Assembly: GCF_964194155.1 (NCBI RefSeq)
Contig: NC_135887.1
Span: forward strand, 87,048,001-87,112,000
From: Cetorhinus maximus
Lineage: Eukaryota
DNA: 64,000 nt
Reading direction: 5' to 3'
Within the stretch, counting starts at the first letter, position 1. Every line of letters starts with the position of its first letter. Shown one piece after another: positions 63,328-64,000 of this stretch. Below the pieces are notes generated by a model, which did not search any database, was not told where the DNA came from, and worked only from the letters and a program-made list of their open reading frames with translations. The translations under genes and the position numbers were made by a program.

Positions 63328-64000
63328 GGGAGAGGTGGTGGCGTAGTGGTTTTGTCACTGGACTAGTAATCCAGAGACCAAGGATAATGCTCTGGGGACC
63401 TGGGTTCGAATCCCACCACGGCAGATGGTGGAATTTGAATTCAATTAAAATCTGGAATTAAAAGTCTCATGATGACCATGAAACCATTGTTGATTGTCGT
63501 AAAAACCTGGCCTACATGTGACCCCAGATCCAAAGCAATGTGGTTGACTCTAAAATGCCTTCTGAAATAGCCTAGCAAGGCACTCATTTGTAACTGCTAA
63601 AAAGTCATCGATCTAGGCGCCGGAAACAACAACAGCAAACTCAGCCCTATCGACCTTGCAAAGTCCTCATTAATAACATCTGGCTTTTTTGGGAGAGCTG
63701 TCTCACAGACTAGTAAAACAACAACCTGACATAGGCATACTAACGGAGTCATACCTTACAGATTATGCCCCAGACACCACCATCACCTTCCCTGGGTAAG
63801 TCCTGTCCCACCTGGAGGACAGACCCAGCAGGTGGTATACAGTTGGGAGGGAGTTTCCCTCAACATTGTCTGCGGATCCTATGAAGTCTCATAGCATCAG
63901 GTCAAAAATTGACAAGGAAACCTCCTGCTGATTACCACATACTGCTCCCCTCAGCTGATGAATCAGTACTCCTCTATGTTGAACACCACTTGGAGGCAGC
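63328..64000 (+). mobile_element. tRNA-SINE head joined to the family-B LINE endonuclease (runs off the window)
   Basis: A box TGGCGTAGTGG (63339) and B box GGTTCGAATCC (63403), SINE body to ~63590, then APE-like KVLINNIW..GELSHRLVKQQPDIGILTESYLT. Confidence 0.8.

Noticed and set aside
63328-63420. Possible tRNA gene
   Set aside because: A and B boxes are present, but the sequence continues into a repeat body found in multiple copies. It is a SINE-type head, not a cloverleaf tRNA with a terminator.
1-64000. CRISPR arrays, operons or prokaryotic defence systems
   Set aside because: The sequence is intron-containing vertebrate DNA, and no regularly spaced repeat-spacer array was seen.

Overview
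Repeat-rich vertebrate genomic DNA, not prokaryotic. It is very probably from a cartilaginous fish such as a shark, inferred from the CR1, Penelope and DeuSINE repeat mix and the gene order. Four spliced genes were reconstructed by hand from splice sites and reading-frame phase: the last two coding exons of TMEM216 (+); a complete TMEM80 (+, 5 coding exons, 141 aa, with a 17-nt microexon and a U12-type minor intron); a complete SDHAF2 (-, 4 exons, 159 aa); and the first three coding exons of CPSF7 (+). SDHAF2 and CPSF7 are head-to-head on a ~340-bp CpG-rich promoter. Most of the rest is transposon debris: a near full-length CR1 LINE, L2, RTE and Tx1 LINE pieces, a second CR1/L2-group LINE ('family B'), several SINE families, Penelope-like elements with hammerhead-ribozyme-like motifs, Gypsy remains, a solo LTR, and Tigger- and Harbinger-like MITEs. 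Most notable: (1) a LINE whose 5' end appears to be a tRNA-SINE head with Pol III boxes, with the matching SINE looking like its internal-deletion derivative; (2) the TMEM80 minor intron, microexon and RFX X-box; (3) a perfect 168-bp-arm hairpin with a tandem duplication at a TTAGGG-containing Penelope target; (4) a CPSF7 with a CPSF6-like RRM. Comparisons with human proteins and repeat consensus sequences are from memory, not from a database search. Repeat boundaries are approximate.
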